A stretch of 64,000 nt of DNA, from NCBI GenBank assembly GCA_963814875.1, contig CAWFFJ010000019.1, positions 67,482-131,481 of the forward strand, in the 5' to 3' direction. Under the pieces are notes generated by a model, which was not told the origin of the DNA, searched no databases, and saw nothing but the letters and a program-made list of their open reading frames with translations. This stretch comes from an uncultured Acidobacteriota bacterium (GTDB lineage Bacteria; Acidobacteriota; Thermoanaerobaculia; Thermoanaerobaculales; Sulfomarinibacteraceae). This document shows, piece by piece, positions 55,877-64,000 of the stretch (the first letter of the stretch is position 1; every line of letters begins with the position of its first letter). Both the position numbers and the translations under genes were made by a program.

Positions 55877-57295
55877 TCACCCGGTCATGTTGCCATCGCC
55901 GGCCGGGCCCGGCAAGACGATACGTGCTTCGAAGCCACCGGTCGCCAGATTCTCCAGCTCGAGCTCACCCCCGTGGGCGGTCACGATCCGGTCCGCGATC
56001 GCCAGCCCTAGCCCGGTCCCGCCGCGGCGGTTGGTGACGAAGGCTCTCCGCACCTGCCCGAGCTGGTCCTCCGGGATGCCGTTGCCGCGATCGCGAACCA
56101 AGAGCACGACCTGGTCGTTCTCACACGCTGCGGCCAGCTCGACGACGCGGCGCTCGGCGGGCTCCAACAGCGCGACCGCCTGGATCGAGTTCAGGGCGAG
56201 GTTGAGCAGCACCTGGCGGAGCTGGGCCGCGTCACCTTGGATCGCGATATCGGGAACATCCGGGGCGAGGCGAAGATGGGTAGCCATCGCCCGCGCTTCG
56301 CCGCGCAGAAACTCCGCAACCTCACGCAGAAACGGAACCAGTCGCACGGGCTCGAGATTGGGCTCGGTTGGCCGGGCATAGGTGAGGAAGTCGCTCACCA
56401 GTCGGGCCAGGCGGCTGACCTCCTGGCGCGTCGACGCCAGCGAGCCTGAGCTTTCGGACGGTCCGGCAGCCAAATCCTCTTCCAGCAGCTCGAGATTGAG
56501 GTTGATCGAGTTCAGGGGGTTCCGGATCTCATGGGCCAGGTTGGCCGCGAGGCTTCCGAGGGCTGCGAGCTCTTCGGCTTCGTGGCGCGCACCCTCGAGG
56601 CGGCGGTTGCGCTGGATCAGCAGCCAGACACATGCGAAGGCCACCAGCAGGGTCGACAAGGTCAGCACCGCAACGGTCACCGTCTGTCGGAGCAGCTCCG
56701 AGCGCAGCTGCTGCACGCGCGCGGCGAGCTTGACCTTGCTGACGTTGAGAACAACCTCGCCCACCTCGCCCGCCGGAACGGCGATCTGATAGCTGTGCTC
56801 GGTCTGGCGCACGTCCGCATCGGAGAGATCCCCGCGGAGCTCGAGCTCCGGGACCGTGCCGGGCGGAATGTCCTCCGTGCTCTGCAGGAACGACGTGAAG
56901 ACCACGTTGCCGTTGGCATCGGTCACTTCAACCGACTCGAGCACCTTCTTCTGTGCGAGGCCACCCAGCGTCCGGACCAGGGCCTCCTGGCGCTTGGACA
57001 TGACCTGGAGTAGATCGGTGCCGCCGCCACTCTTGAGCTGCTCCGCGAACCGCTCCGCGTCCTCGCGCCCGGTGAGCAGAACGTCCTCGAGGTAGCGCCT
57101 CGACAGCGACGAGGCGATCAGGTGGCCAAACAGGAAGATGATGCCGAGCACGAGCACGGCGAACGCCGACGCCGCCAGGGCGAGCTGGCGGGACAACGGG
57201 CTCGGGCCGGACTTCCTTCGCCGCGTGACGCCCTCGCGCCGCATCGGTGCGTCGGTGCGCTGATCGAGTCGCAACGCGGCCGGGGCCTCAGACAT
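55877..57295 (-). CDS. sensor histidine kinase (two TM helices, extracytoplasmic loop domain, HisKA plus HATPase)
   Basis: H-box LGSLAANLAHEIRNPLNSI. N/G boxes LLNLALNSIQA, VRDRGNGIPEDQL and GGTGLGLAIADRIV. The start is uncertain (ATG 57295 or GTG 57346). No response regulator is adjacent. Confidence 0.85.
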   Translation of the reverse strand: MSEAPAALRLDQRTDAPMRREGVTRRRKSGPSPLSRQLALAASAFAVLVLGIIFLFGHLIASSLSRRYLEDVLLTGREDAERFAEQLKSGGGTDLLQVMSKRQEALVRTLGGLAQKKVLESVEVTDANGNVVFTSFLQSTEDIPPGTVPELELRGDLSDADVRQTEHSYQIAVPAGEVGEVVLNVSKVKLAARVQQLRSELLRQTVTVAVLTLSTLLVAFACVWLLIQRNRRLEGARHEAEELAALGSLAANLAHEIRNPLNSINLNLELLEEDLAAGPSESSGSLASTRQEVSRLARLVSDFLTYARPTEPNLEPVRLVPFLREVAEFLRGEARAMATHLRLAPDVPDIAIQGDAAQLRQVLLNLALNSIQAVALLEPAERRVVELAAACENDQVVLLVRDRGNGIPEDQLGQVRRAFVTNRRGGTGLGLAIADRIVTAHGGELELENLATGGFEARIVLPGPAGDGNMTG

Positions 57296-57645
57296 CGGCT
57301 CGCCGATCACTGCGCTCGCGCTGCTCCCCACCTCTCCACCAGCCACGCAAGTGCGAACCCGCAGGACCCGTCCCGTCGATGTGGCGACAGCGCGAGAATG
57401 CCAAAACGGCAGCCATAGACTGCCCGAAGAGGCTCGAGGCGGTCACAGCCTCAGTCCAAGCGGGCTCGCCTTCACGTCTCACCATCTCTCTACCGTGGGC
57501 ACCGTCCTGCCAGCGATCGCGGGCCCACTCGCAACTCGGCGCCCACAGCGTGTGCTCGCTGACGACCCGGCCCCGCGTTGTTGGGCTTCCCTGTGGTAAC
57601 AGGCATCTCGGCTCCCTCGCGACCTCACGCGGTGTGACATGCAGG

Positions 57646-58797
57646 CTAGATGCCACACCCGGTTCGGAGGTCTTTCGCCCGGTCGGTACGCTCCCAGGTA
57701 AAGTCCGGGTCGTTGCGTCCGAAGTGACCGTAGGCTGCGGTCTTGCGGTAGATTGGGCGGAGCAGGTCGAGGGCCTGGATGATCGCGCGCGGCGTGAGCG
57801 GGAAGACCTCACGGACCACGCGGGTGATCCGCTCGTCCGGAACCTGTCCGGTGCCGAAGGTGTCGACCATGATGGAGACCGGGTCCGCGACACCGATCGC
57901 ATAGGCCAGTTGGACCTCGGCCCGGCTCGCGAGACCGGCAGCGACGATGTTCTTTGCGACGTAACGGGCCATGTACGACGCGGAGCGGTCGACCTTGCTG
58001 GGGTCCTTTCCGGAAAAGGCCCCCCCGCCGTGCGAGCCGACGCCGCCGTACGTGTCGACGATGATCTTGCGTCCGGTCAGACCGCAGTCGCCTTGAGGCC
58101 CGCCAATGACGAAGCGCCCGGTCGGGTTGATGAGAACCTTGGTGTCGTCGTCCATCATCGCCAACGGAAGGACCGGAGCAATGACCTTCTCGCGCACCTC
58201 CATCCGCAGCTCGCGGATCGACACCGAGTCCGAGTGCTGACACGAGACCACCACCGCCTCGATGCGGTGCGGTGCGCCGTTCCGGTACTCGACCGACACC
58301 TGGCTCTTGCCGTCCGGCCGAAGCCACTCAATCTCGTCCGTCCTCCGGGCCTCGGCAAGCCGCATCGCGAGCTTGTGTGCGAGCATGATCGGCATCGGCA
58401 TCAGCTCGGGCGTCTCGTCGCAGGCGAATCCGAACATCAGCCCTTGGTCGCCGGCGCCGCCGGTGTCGACCCCCTGCGCGATGTCCGGCGACTGCGGATC
58501 GATCGACGAAATCACTGCACAGGTCTCGTAGTCGAAGCCGAACTTCGCCCTGGTGTAGCCGATGTCCCGGATGGTCTCGCGTACGAGTCGAGGAAAATCG
58601 ACGTAGACGGTGGTTGAGATCTCGCCCGCGATAAAGGCGAGCCCGGTGGTCACCAATGTTTCGCAGGCGACTCGGCCGTCGGGATCTTCGCTGAGCACCG
58701 CATCCAGGATCGCGTCCGAGATCTGGTCCGCGATCTTGTCGGGGTGCCCTTCCGTGACCGACTCCGAAGAGAAAACATGCATACCGTTAGGAGCCAT
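57646..58797 (-). CDS. metK: S-adenosylmethionine synthetase
   Basis: [35 protein letters not shown] and [16 protein letters not shown]. 383 aa. SD GGAGG lies upstream. Confidence 0.95.
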   Translation of the reverse strand: MAPNGMHVFSSESVTEGHPDKIADQISDAILDAVLSEDPDGRVACETLVTTGLAFIAGEISTTVYVDFPRLVRETIRDIGYTRAKFGFDYETCAVISSIDPQSPDIAQGVDTGGAGDQGLMFGFACDETPELMPMPIMLAHKLAMRLAEARRTDEIEWLRPDGKSQVSVEYRNGAPHRIEAVVVSCQHSDSVSIRELRMEVREKVIAPVLPLAMMDDDTKVLINPTGRFVIGGPQGDCGLTGRKIIVDTYGGVGSHGGGAFSGKDPSKVDRSASYMARYVAKNIVAAGLASRAEVQLAYAIGVADPVSIMVDTFGTGQVPDERITRVVREVFPLTPRAIIQALDLLRPIYRKTAAYGHFGRNDPDFTWERTDRAKDLRTGCGI

Positions 58798-58996
58798 AGG
58801 ACCTCCGCAGACGGGCTACCGTATCACCCGCCGAGATCAGGGGTCAATCAACCCGCCGCCGAGGGAAACCGCCGCTGGAAAGCGAAATCCCGCCTCCCGC
58901 ATTCGTGCGCTGGGCACAGGACGCACGCCCTGGCGACGTACCCGTTCCCGTGGTCCGTGGTTGACGACCGGGGGCCATGAACAGGATGATCCCGGC

Positions 58997-59353
58997 GTGA
59001 GAGGGCTCATCATCCCTGTCGTCGGCGCGGCCCTGGCCTCGTTGTGGATCGTCGCCGCCGCCTTCGACGTTCCGGCGATGGCCGCGCTGGTGGCGGCCGC
59101 CGCGGTCTCGGCGAGCGTCTGCTTGGCGGTGCGCCGGCGTCGCCGCCATCGACGAAAGCTGGTCGCCGTCGCCGTGGGCGCGGGCCTCGCGGTCGGCGTG
59201 TTGCTCGGGGCCGAGCTGCTGCTACCCCACGGTGGTCCCACACGACTCGTGCTGCAGCTGGCCTTCGCGCTCCTTCTCGCACCGGTTCTCCCGGCGTTCT
59301 ACGCCGCGACCTTCGAGCCCCCGCACGACGACTGCGACGGGAGCGGAACGTGA
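58997..59353 (+). CDS. possible small 3-TM membrane protein translationally coupled to the symporter
   Basis: In-frame tail of ORF 58610..59353 from GTG 58997 (VRGLIIPVVGAALASLWIVAAAF...). Its stop overlaps the symporter GTG (GTGA). The part of the tracked ORF upstream of 58797 is antisense to metK. Weak call. Confidence 0.35.
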   Translation: MRGLIIPVVGAALASLWIVAAAFDVPAMAALVAAAAVSASVCLAVRRRRRHRRKLVAVAVGAGLAVGVLLGAELLLPHGGPTRLVLQLAFALLLAPVLPAFYAATFEPPHDDCDGSGT

Positions 59354-60753
59354 CCTCGGCTCTCGTGGTGCTCGCCGTGCTCGCCGCAGGGCTGGCCATT
59401 TGGGGATGGCGCCACGGCGGTACCGAGCTCGCCTACTTCGCTGCGGAGCGCTCCGCCGGTCCAGTGCTCGCGGGACTGGGCGGTACCGCCGCCGGGCTGT
59501 CGGCATTCGTCTTCGTCGGCGGACCGGGCCTCTTCGCGACTCTCGGCGCTGCTTCGCTCTGGATCATCCTGTCGGCACCGCTCACCGGCGCACTCCAGTG
59601 CTGGGTCGTCGGCGAGCCGGTGGTGTCGATGGCACGGCGTCACGCGTGTCTCACGGTGCCCGACCTGATCGACGCCCGGTTCGGGGGGGGCTGGCCGCGC
59701 GGGCTGGCCGCCGCCGCGATTGCAGTCGGCGGCGTTGCGGTCCTCGCGGTTCAAGTCAAGGGCCTCGCCGTGGTCGGTGAGACGTTGCTCGGGTTGCCGG
59801 GACCGGCGGTCGCAGCCGCGACGGTGGCCGCCACGGTGGCGTACACGGCCGCCGGCGGCATGCGTGCCGGCCTCCTCGCCGAAGCGGCGCAAGGGGCGCT
59901 CATGGCCGTAGTCTCAGTCGCGCTTGCAGTCGCCGCCCTGGCGGCGGCGGGCGGACCGACCGCCGCCATCGCGACCCTGGTCGCTCGCCGCCCCGAGCTG
60001 CTCGATCCCTGGCATGGCATCGGCGCCACCGGAGCGATCGCCTGGTTCCTTCTCTTCGCCTTGGGTACCTGCGCCCAGCCGCACTACCTGCAGAAGTTCC
60101 TGCTGCTGCGCTCAGCCGCCAGCCTGCGTCGCCTGCCGCTAGTGATGACCGGCGCGCTGGTCGCCGTGCTGACGGTCTGGGTAGGTATCGGGCTCGGGGC
60201 CGGCGCCCTGTGGGCCGACGGACACCTCGCCCTCTCCGGACCCGACGACCTCGCACCGGCTTTTCTCGCCCGGACCGCACCCTGGCTGTTGGTCGCCGCC
60301 GTGGTGGCCGTGCTTGCCGCGGTCATGTCGACCGCCGCTTCGCTGCTCAATGTGGTCGCGGCGGCGCTGGTGCGCGACCTTCCCATGGCGCTTGGCCGAC
60401 GCCCGCCCAAGTCCCTGGCCCCGGCCCGGCTCGCAACGCTTGCGGTGGCCGCCGCCGGAGGCGCCTGCGCAGTCGCCTCCGCGCGGCAGGTCGCGATCCT
60501 CGGCATTGTCGGTTGGGGCACCTTCACCGCCGCGTTGTTCCCGACCGTGGCGCTCGGACTCAACTGGCCGGGAGCGACCCGGCACGGTGCCGCCGCCGCC
60601 CTTGTCGCCGGACCGGCGACACAGCTCCTGCTCGAGGTCTTGCACCACGCCGAAAGGCTGACACCGGCCTGGGAGCCCGGCCTGGCAGGGACGGCCGTCG
60701 GGGTGCTGGTGCTGATCGTGGTCTCCTCGCTGACCTCGCGGAGAACAGCGTGA
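59350..60753 (+). CDS. sodium:solute symporter family (SSF) transporter
   Basis: ORF 59044..60753 trimmed to GTG 59350, preceded by GGGAG. It is a polytopic protein of ~467 aa with an SSF-like core (AAGGMRAGLLAEAAQGALM...; VLAAVMSTAASLLN). The substrate is unknown. Confidence 0.75.
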   Translation: MTSALVVLAVLAAGLAIWGWRHGGTELAYFAAERSAGPVLAGLGGTAAGLSAFVFVGGPGLFATLGAASLWIILSAPLTGALQCWVVGEPVVSMARRHACLTVPDLIDARFGGGWPRGLAAAAIAVGGVAVLAVQVKGLAVVGETLLGLPGPAVAAATVAATVAYTAAGGMRAGLLAEAAQGALMAVVSVALAVAALAAAGGPTAAIATLVARRPELLDPWHGIGATGAIAWFLLFALGTCAQPHYLQKFLLLRSAASLRRLPLVMTGALVAVLTVWVGIGLGAGALWADGHLALSGPDDLAPAFLARTAPWLLVAAVVAVLAAVMSTAASLLNVVAAALVRDLPMALGRRPPKSLAPARLATLAVAAAGGACAVASARQVAILGIVGWGTFTAALFPTVALGLNWPGATRHGAAAALVAGPATQLLLEVLHHAERLTPAWEPGLAGTAVGVLVLIVVSSLTSRRTA

Positions 60754-61415
60754 GGCGCTGGACCTCAGCTGCGGTGCTGGATCTGGCGACGCGCCTGGCG
60801 CACTGTCGCGATCACAGCCGCGTCACCACCCTCACTGAGGTCCAGCACGCGACCCGCTCGCCGTACCACGTTCTGGTCGCGTGCATCATCTCGCTGCGGA
60901 CCAAGGACGCGGTCACCCATGCGGCGAGCCGGCGGCTCTTGCGACTGGCCGATTGCCCCCGCGCCCTCGCGACGCTCGACGAGACCACCATCGCCGAGGC
61001 GATCTTCCCGGCTGGCTTCTACCGTACCAAGGCTCGGCAGCTGCGCGAGATCGGACGCGTCCTCGAGGATCGACACAGCGGCCGGGTCCCCTGCGACGAG
61101 GGCGAGCTCCTGGCACTCCCAGGCGTGGGTCGAAAGACCGCGAACCTCGTGCTCGGACTGGGCTTCGGAGTTGCCGCAATCTGCGTCGACACCCACGTTC
61201 ATCGAATCTCGAACCGCCTCGGTCTCGTGACCACCCGCACGCCCGAGGAGACCGAGAAAGCACTACAGAAACTCCTGCCGCGCGAGCTCTGGATCGAGAT
61301 CAACGACCTGCTGGTGACGTTCGGACAGAACCGATGTCATCCGACCTCGCCCCGGTGCAGCAACTGCCCGCTCGCCGACCTCTGCCCCCGGCACGGCGTG
61401 ACCCGCAGCCGGTAG
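60750..61415 (+). CDS. nth: endonuclease III (DNA glycosylase/AP lyase)
   Basis: ORF 60210..61415 trimmed to GTG 60750, which overlaps the symporter stop. It has the HhH-GPD motif LLALPGVGRKTANLVL, VDTHVHRISNRLGL, and the C-terminal 4Fe-4S cluster CHPTSPRCSNCPLADLC. Confidence 0.9.
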   Translation: MRRWTSAAVLDLATRLAHCRDHSRVTTLTEVQHATRSPYHVLVACIISLRTKDAVTHAASRRLLRLADCPRALATLDETTIAEAIFPAGFYRTKARQLREIGRVLEDRHSGRVPCDEGELLALPGVGRKTANLVLGLGFGVAAICVDTHVHRISNRLGLVTTRTPEETEKALQKLLPRELWIEINDLLVTFGQNRCHPTSPRCSNCPLADLCPRHGVTRSR

Positions 61416-61540
61416 CCCTTTCCCTCGCCTGGTCGTGCTCCGGCTCACCATCGCCACCGTGGACCAGGAGCATGCCGCTCCCAAGCCCTTCGACACTGTG
61501 CAGGTCAATCCCTCGGCGCATCCGAGAGTAGAATCCCCCG

Positions 61541-62401
61541 GTGCAGCGCGGACCTTCGGTCGCATGGATCGGTGATCGCCTCGTGCCATGGCCCGAGGCG
61601 GTGCTCCCGATCGAGGATCGCGGCCTGCAGTTCGCCGAGAGCGTCTACGAGGTGCTTCCGGTGACTCGCGGCCGTGCCCGTCTCGTGACGCCTCATTTCG
61701 AGCGGATGCGGACCGGGGCGGCTGCGGTCGGCGTGGAGGCGGGCGTACCGGACGACGATGTCCTCCTGGCCTTGGCGGAGCTGCTGATCGCACGTGAGCG
61801 CCTCGACGAGGCTCTGCTCTACCTCCAGGTCACCGGAGGCGTCGCGCCTCGTCGCCACATCCCAACCGAAGGCCCCCGGCCGACCCTGGTCGCATACCTC
61901 CGTGAACATCGCTTCCCTCGTGAGGCGGACGTCGCCCGCGGGCTGACCGCGATTACCACACCAGACCCGCGCTGGGCGCACTGCGACCTCAAGACCACCA
62001 TGCTCCTCCCTGCCGTCCTCGCCCGCCGCGCCGCTGCCGCGCACGGCGCCGATGAGGCAATCTTCCTCGGGCCTGATGATCGGGTCCTCGAGGGAGCCGC
62101 AAGCAACGTGTTCGCGCTCGCGGACGGCCGGCTCAGCACCCCTGGAAATAGCGAGCACATGCTTCCCGGAACGATGCGGGCTCTGGTGTATGCAGCCGCC
62201 GGCCGCCTCGGCATTCCGGTCGACGCACGCGATCTCTTTCGATACGAGCTCCTCACCGCCGACGAGGTCTTCGTGACCGCGACCTCGAGCCTCGCGCTGC
62301 CTGTGCTGGCCGTCGACGGCACGCTGGTCGGCGATGGTCGCTGCGGTCCGGTCGTCACCGCCATTGCCAACGATCTACGCCAACGCCTGGAGCTCGAGTG
62401 A
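61541..62401 (+). CDS. class IV (fold type IV) aminotransferase, D-amino-acid/branched-chain-like
   Basis: GTG start. Motifs: EDRGLQFAESVYEV, LYLQVTGG, the Lys context DLKTTMLLPAVLA, and EGAASNVFAL...PGTMR. Confidence 0.8.
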   Translation: MQRGPSVAWIGDRLVPWPEAVLPIEDRGLQFAESVYEVLPVTRGRARLVTPHFERMRTGAAAVGVEAGVPDDDVLLALAELLIARERLDEALLYLQVTGGVAPRRHIPTEGPRPTLVAYLREHRFPREADVARGLTAITTPDPRWAHCDLKTTMLLPAVLARRAAAAHGADEAIFLGPDDRVLEGAASNVFALADGRLSTPGNSEHMLPGTMRALVYAAAGRLGIPVDARDLFRYELLTADEVFVTATSSLALPVLAVDGTLVGDGRCGPVVTAIANDLRQRLELE

Positions 62402-63534
62402 AGAGCTCTCTGCGAATCGTCTCGGTGCGTGGCATCCCGGTCCGTGTCCACGCGTCCTTCCTGCTGCTGCCCGCGTTTCTGCTGTGGCAGTCCGGCGGAA
62501 ACGTGCGGCTGTCCGTGGCCCTGATCGAGACCTTGCTGCTGCTGCTGCTCTTCGCGAGCGTGGTTTTCCACGAGCTCGGCCATGCCCTCGTCGCCCGTCG
62601 CTGGGGGATCGAGACCCGCTCGATCGTCCTCTATCCGTTCGGCGGGGTCTCCAACTTTTCCCAGCGACCTCCAGGGGGACGCGCCGAGCTTGCTATCTCA
62701 CTCGCCGGACCTGCGGTCAACCTGGTGATTGCTGTTGCGCTGTGGCTGATCGCGTCTGCCGGCGAGATGCCAATGACGGCCGAAGAGATGGTGAGAGGCC
62801 TGGCGTGGATCAATCTCCTGATCGCGGGTTTCAATCTGCTGCCAGCGTTCCCTCTTGACGGAGGTCGCGTCCTGCGAGGTGCCCTCAGCGAGCGTCTCGG
62901 AGAGGCACGCGCCACCGTGTGGGCGGCCTCCGCCGGCCAGGTCACCGCTGTTGTCCTGATCGGCGTCGGTATCTTCCACGAGCCGTGGCTGGCCCTCGCC
63001 GGCGTGGTGCTGCTGCCAGCCGCCAACCTCGAGCTACGCGCCGCCCTGCGCCGTCGCGAGCTCGATCGCACGACGGTCATGGCAGTGGTCCCGCCACGAC
63101 CGCTGCGGGTCGGTGCCGGCGTCACGTTCGACGAGGTCGGCACGCGCTGGCAGCGCAGCCCGCTGAGCGACGTCGTCGTGGACGACGGACCGACCCTCGC
63201 CTGGATCCCGGCCGCCAGGATGTGGCAGGGCTTCGGACATGGAGCCGGGCCGACCCGTATCGGCGACATTGCCGATCCCCTTGAGCTGCGCCTCGCTGCC
63301 GACACTCCCCTGGCCGAGGCCAAGCGCCTGCTCGCAAACCGCCGCGCAGACACGGCCGCCCTGGTCGACGACCACGGCAACGTGATCGGGGTCCTCACCA
63401 GTGATCGCCTGCGCCGCGCGCTCGCCCTGCGCGACAGCCTCGAGAGCTCGCGCTTCGGCCCGTTTGCCGACGGTCCGCCGAGCGAGGAAGCCACTGCTGC
63501 TGACAACCCCGCCCCACCGCACCCACCCCACTGA
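62398..63534 (+). CDS. site-2-protease family (M50) zinc metalloprotease with C-terminal CBS-like region
   Basis: HExxH motif (VFHELGHALVARRWG). The second motif is NLLPAFPLDGGRVL. It has multiple TM helices and a CBS-like tail (ALVDDHGNVIGVLTSDRL). The GTG start overlaps the upstream stop. Confidence 0.85.
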   Translation: MKSSLRIVSVRGIPVRVHASFLLLPAFLLWQSGGNVRLSVALIETLLLLLLFASVVFHELGHALVARRWGIETRSIVLYPFGGVSNFSQRPPGGRAELAISLAGPAVNLVIAVALWLIASAGEMPMTAEEMVRGLAWINLLIAGFNLLPAFPLDGGRVLRGALSERLGEARATVWAASAGQVTAVVLIGVGIFHEPWLALAGVVLLPAANLELRAALRRRELDRTTVMAVVPPRPLRVGAGVTFDEVGTRWQRSPLSDVVVDDGPTLAWIPAARMWQGFGHGAGPTRIGDIADPLELRLAADTPLAEAKRLLANRRADTAALVDDHGNVIGVLTSDRLRRALALRDSLESSRFGPFADGPPSEEATAADNPAPPHPPH

Positions 63535-63662
63535 CTCGCCACGAGACGATCCAATTGACCGCGCCACATGGCGCGGACGACCCTGACGGCCCTTTCGACA
63601 CACCTTTTCAGGGGCCCGGCCGGGAACTCCGTTCGAAGCGGAAGACCTTGGCGATCTGCAGG

Positions 63663-64000
63663 CTAGTTGGCTCGGCGTCGCTGGGAGAGGCTCGACAAGC
63701 GTTCCTGTACGTCCCGAAAACCTGCCCGCTCGGACTCGATCTCCTCGAGGACGCCGTAGGCGCGACCGACGTCGCCGGCCAGCTCGAGGGCTGACGCGAG
63801 GTCGTAGCGCAGGGCCATGCGTGGCTCCGGCTCGAGGCCCGGCGCTTGGAGCGCGCGCTCGAACCACTCCACTGCCGAGGTCGGGATACCCTGCTCCACG
63901 TAGCACACGCCGATCATCGAGCAGCACTCGACAAAGTAGCCCGGGTCGCGGGAGGCAATCTGAAACTCGCGAATCGCCTCCGGGATGAGGCCCATCTCCT
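63663..64000 (-). CDS. TPR-repeat protein, partial (N-terminus beyond the window)
   Basis: ORF 63663..63995. The frame stays open to 64000. It has TPR-like pairs (GLIPEAIREFQIASRDPGYF...GVCYVEQGIPTSAVEWFERALQ). Confidence 0.6.
   Translation of the reverse strand, partial: EMGLIPEAIREFQIASRDPGYFVECCSMIGVCYVEQGIPTSAVEWFERALQAPGLEPEPRMALRYDLASALELAGDVGRAYGVLEEIESERAGFRDVQERLSSLSQRRRAN

Noticed and set aside
58798-58996. A possible SAM riboswitch upstream of metK.
   Set aside because: The ~170-nt leader is GC-rich and can fold. However, it lacks the SAM-I core strings I remember (GAGGGA ... GCAACC-type), and I could not match it to other SAM classes by eye. It is left unassigned.

Overview
This is a very GC-rich bacterial chromosomal window with dense coding on both strands. 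Many long ORFs in the track are antisense or out-of-frame shadows of real genes. I saw no rRNA, tRNA, CRISPR array, integrase or transposase.

Gene content in order:
- dnaE (partial; it runs off the left edge and is absent from the ORF track).
- A polyprenyl synthase block and purH.
- A five-gene chemosensory operon (cheW-mcp-cheA/REC-cheB-cheR) headed by an unknown membrane protein.
- A surface/redox neighbourhood: an Ig-like secreted protein, a TonB-dependent receptor, a 968-aa nonaheme cytochrome fused to cadherin-like, PKD and an unassigned domain, and a secreted DUF1028 protein.
- A GMC-oxidoreductase / small-subunit / ThDP-enzyme operon.
- hbd-ackA.
- A frameshifted threonine aldolase.
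- A complete Alternative Complex III (actABCDEF) followed by SCO1 and a caa3-type oxidase (ctaCDEF plus a second subunit-III-like gene).
- An aroD-aroE fusion.
- A TauE exporter.
- A heme-c (DUF3365)-HAMP sensor stub overlapping a Hanks-type Ser/Thr kinase.
- trpS, a ferredoxin, and an orphan histidine kinase with a secreted protein that shares the cytochrome's unassigned C-terminal domain.
- metK, a solute symporter, nth, a class-IV aminotransferase and an M50 protease.

The most unusual items:
1. The multiheme cytochrome and its twice-occurring unassigned domain.
2. The heme-sensor/HAMP-to-Ser/Thr-kinase pair.
3. The che cluster, with an MCP carrying a cytoplasmic C-terminal Cache-like domain and a CheB whose receiver looks degenerate.
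4. A family of CACAGAG-type inverted-repeat intergenic elements.
5. A recurrent -10-like hexamer 5-8 nt from start codons, which suggests widespread leaderless transcripts.

The ACIII+caa3 arrangement and repeat style suggest Acidobacteriota-like or a related lineage. That lineage guess is inference only.
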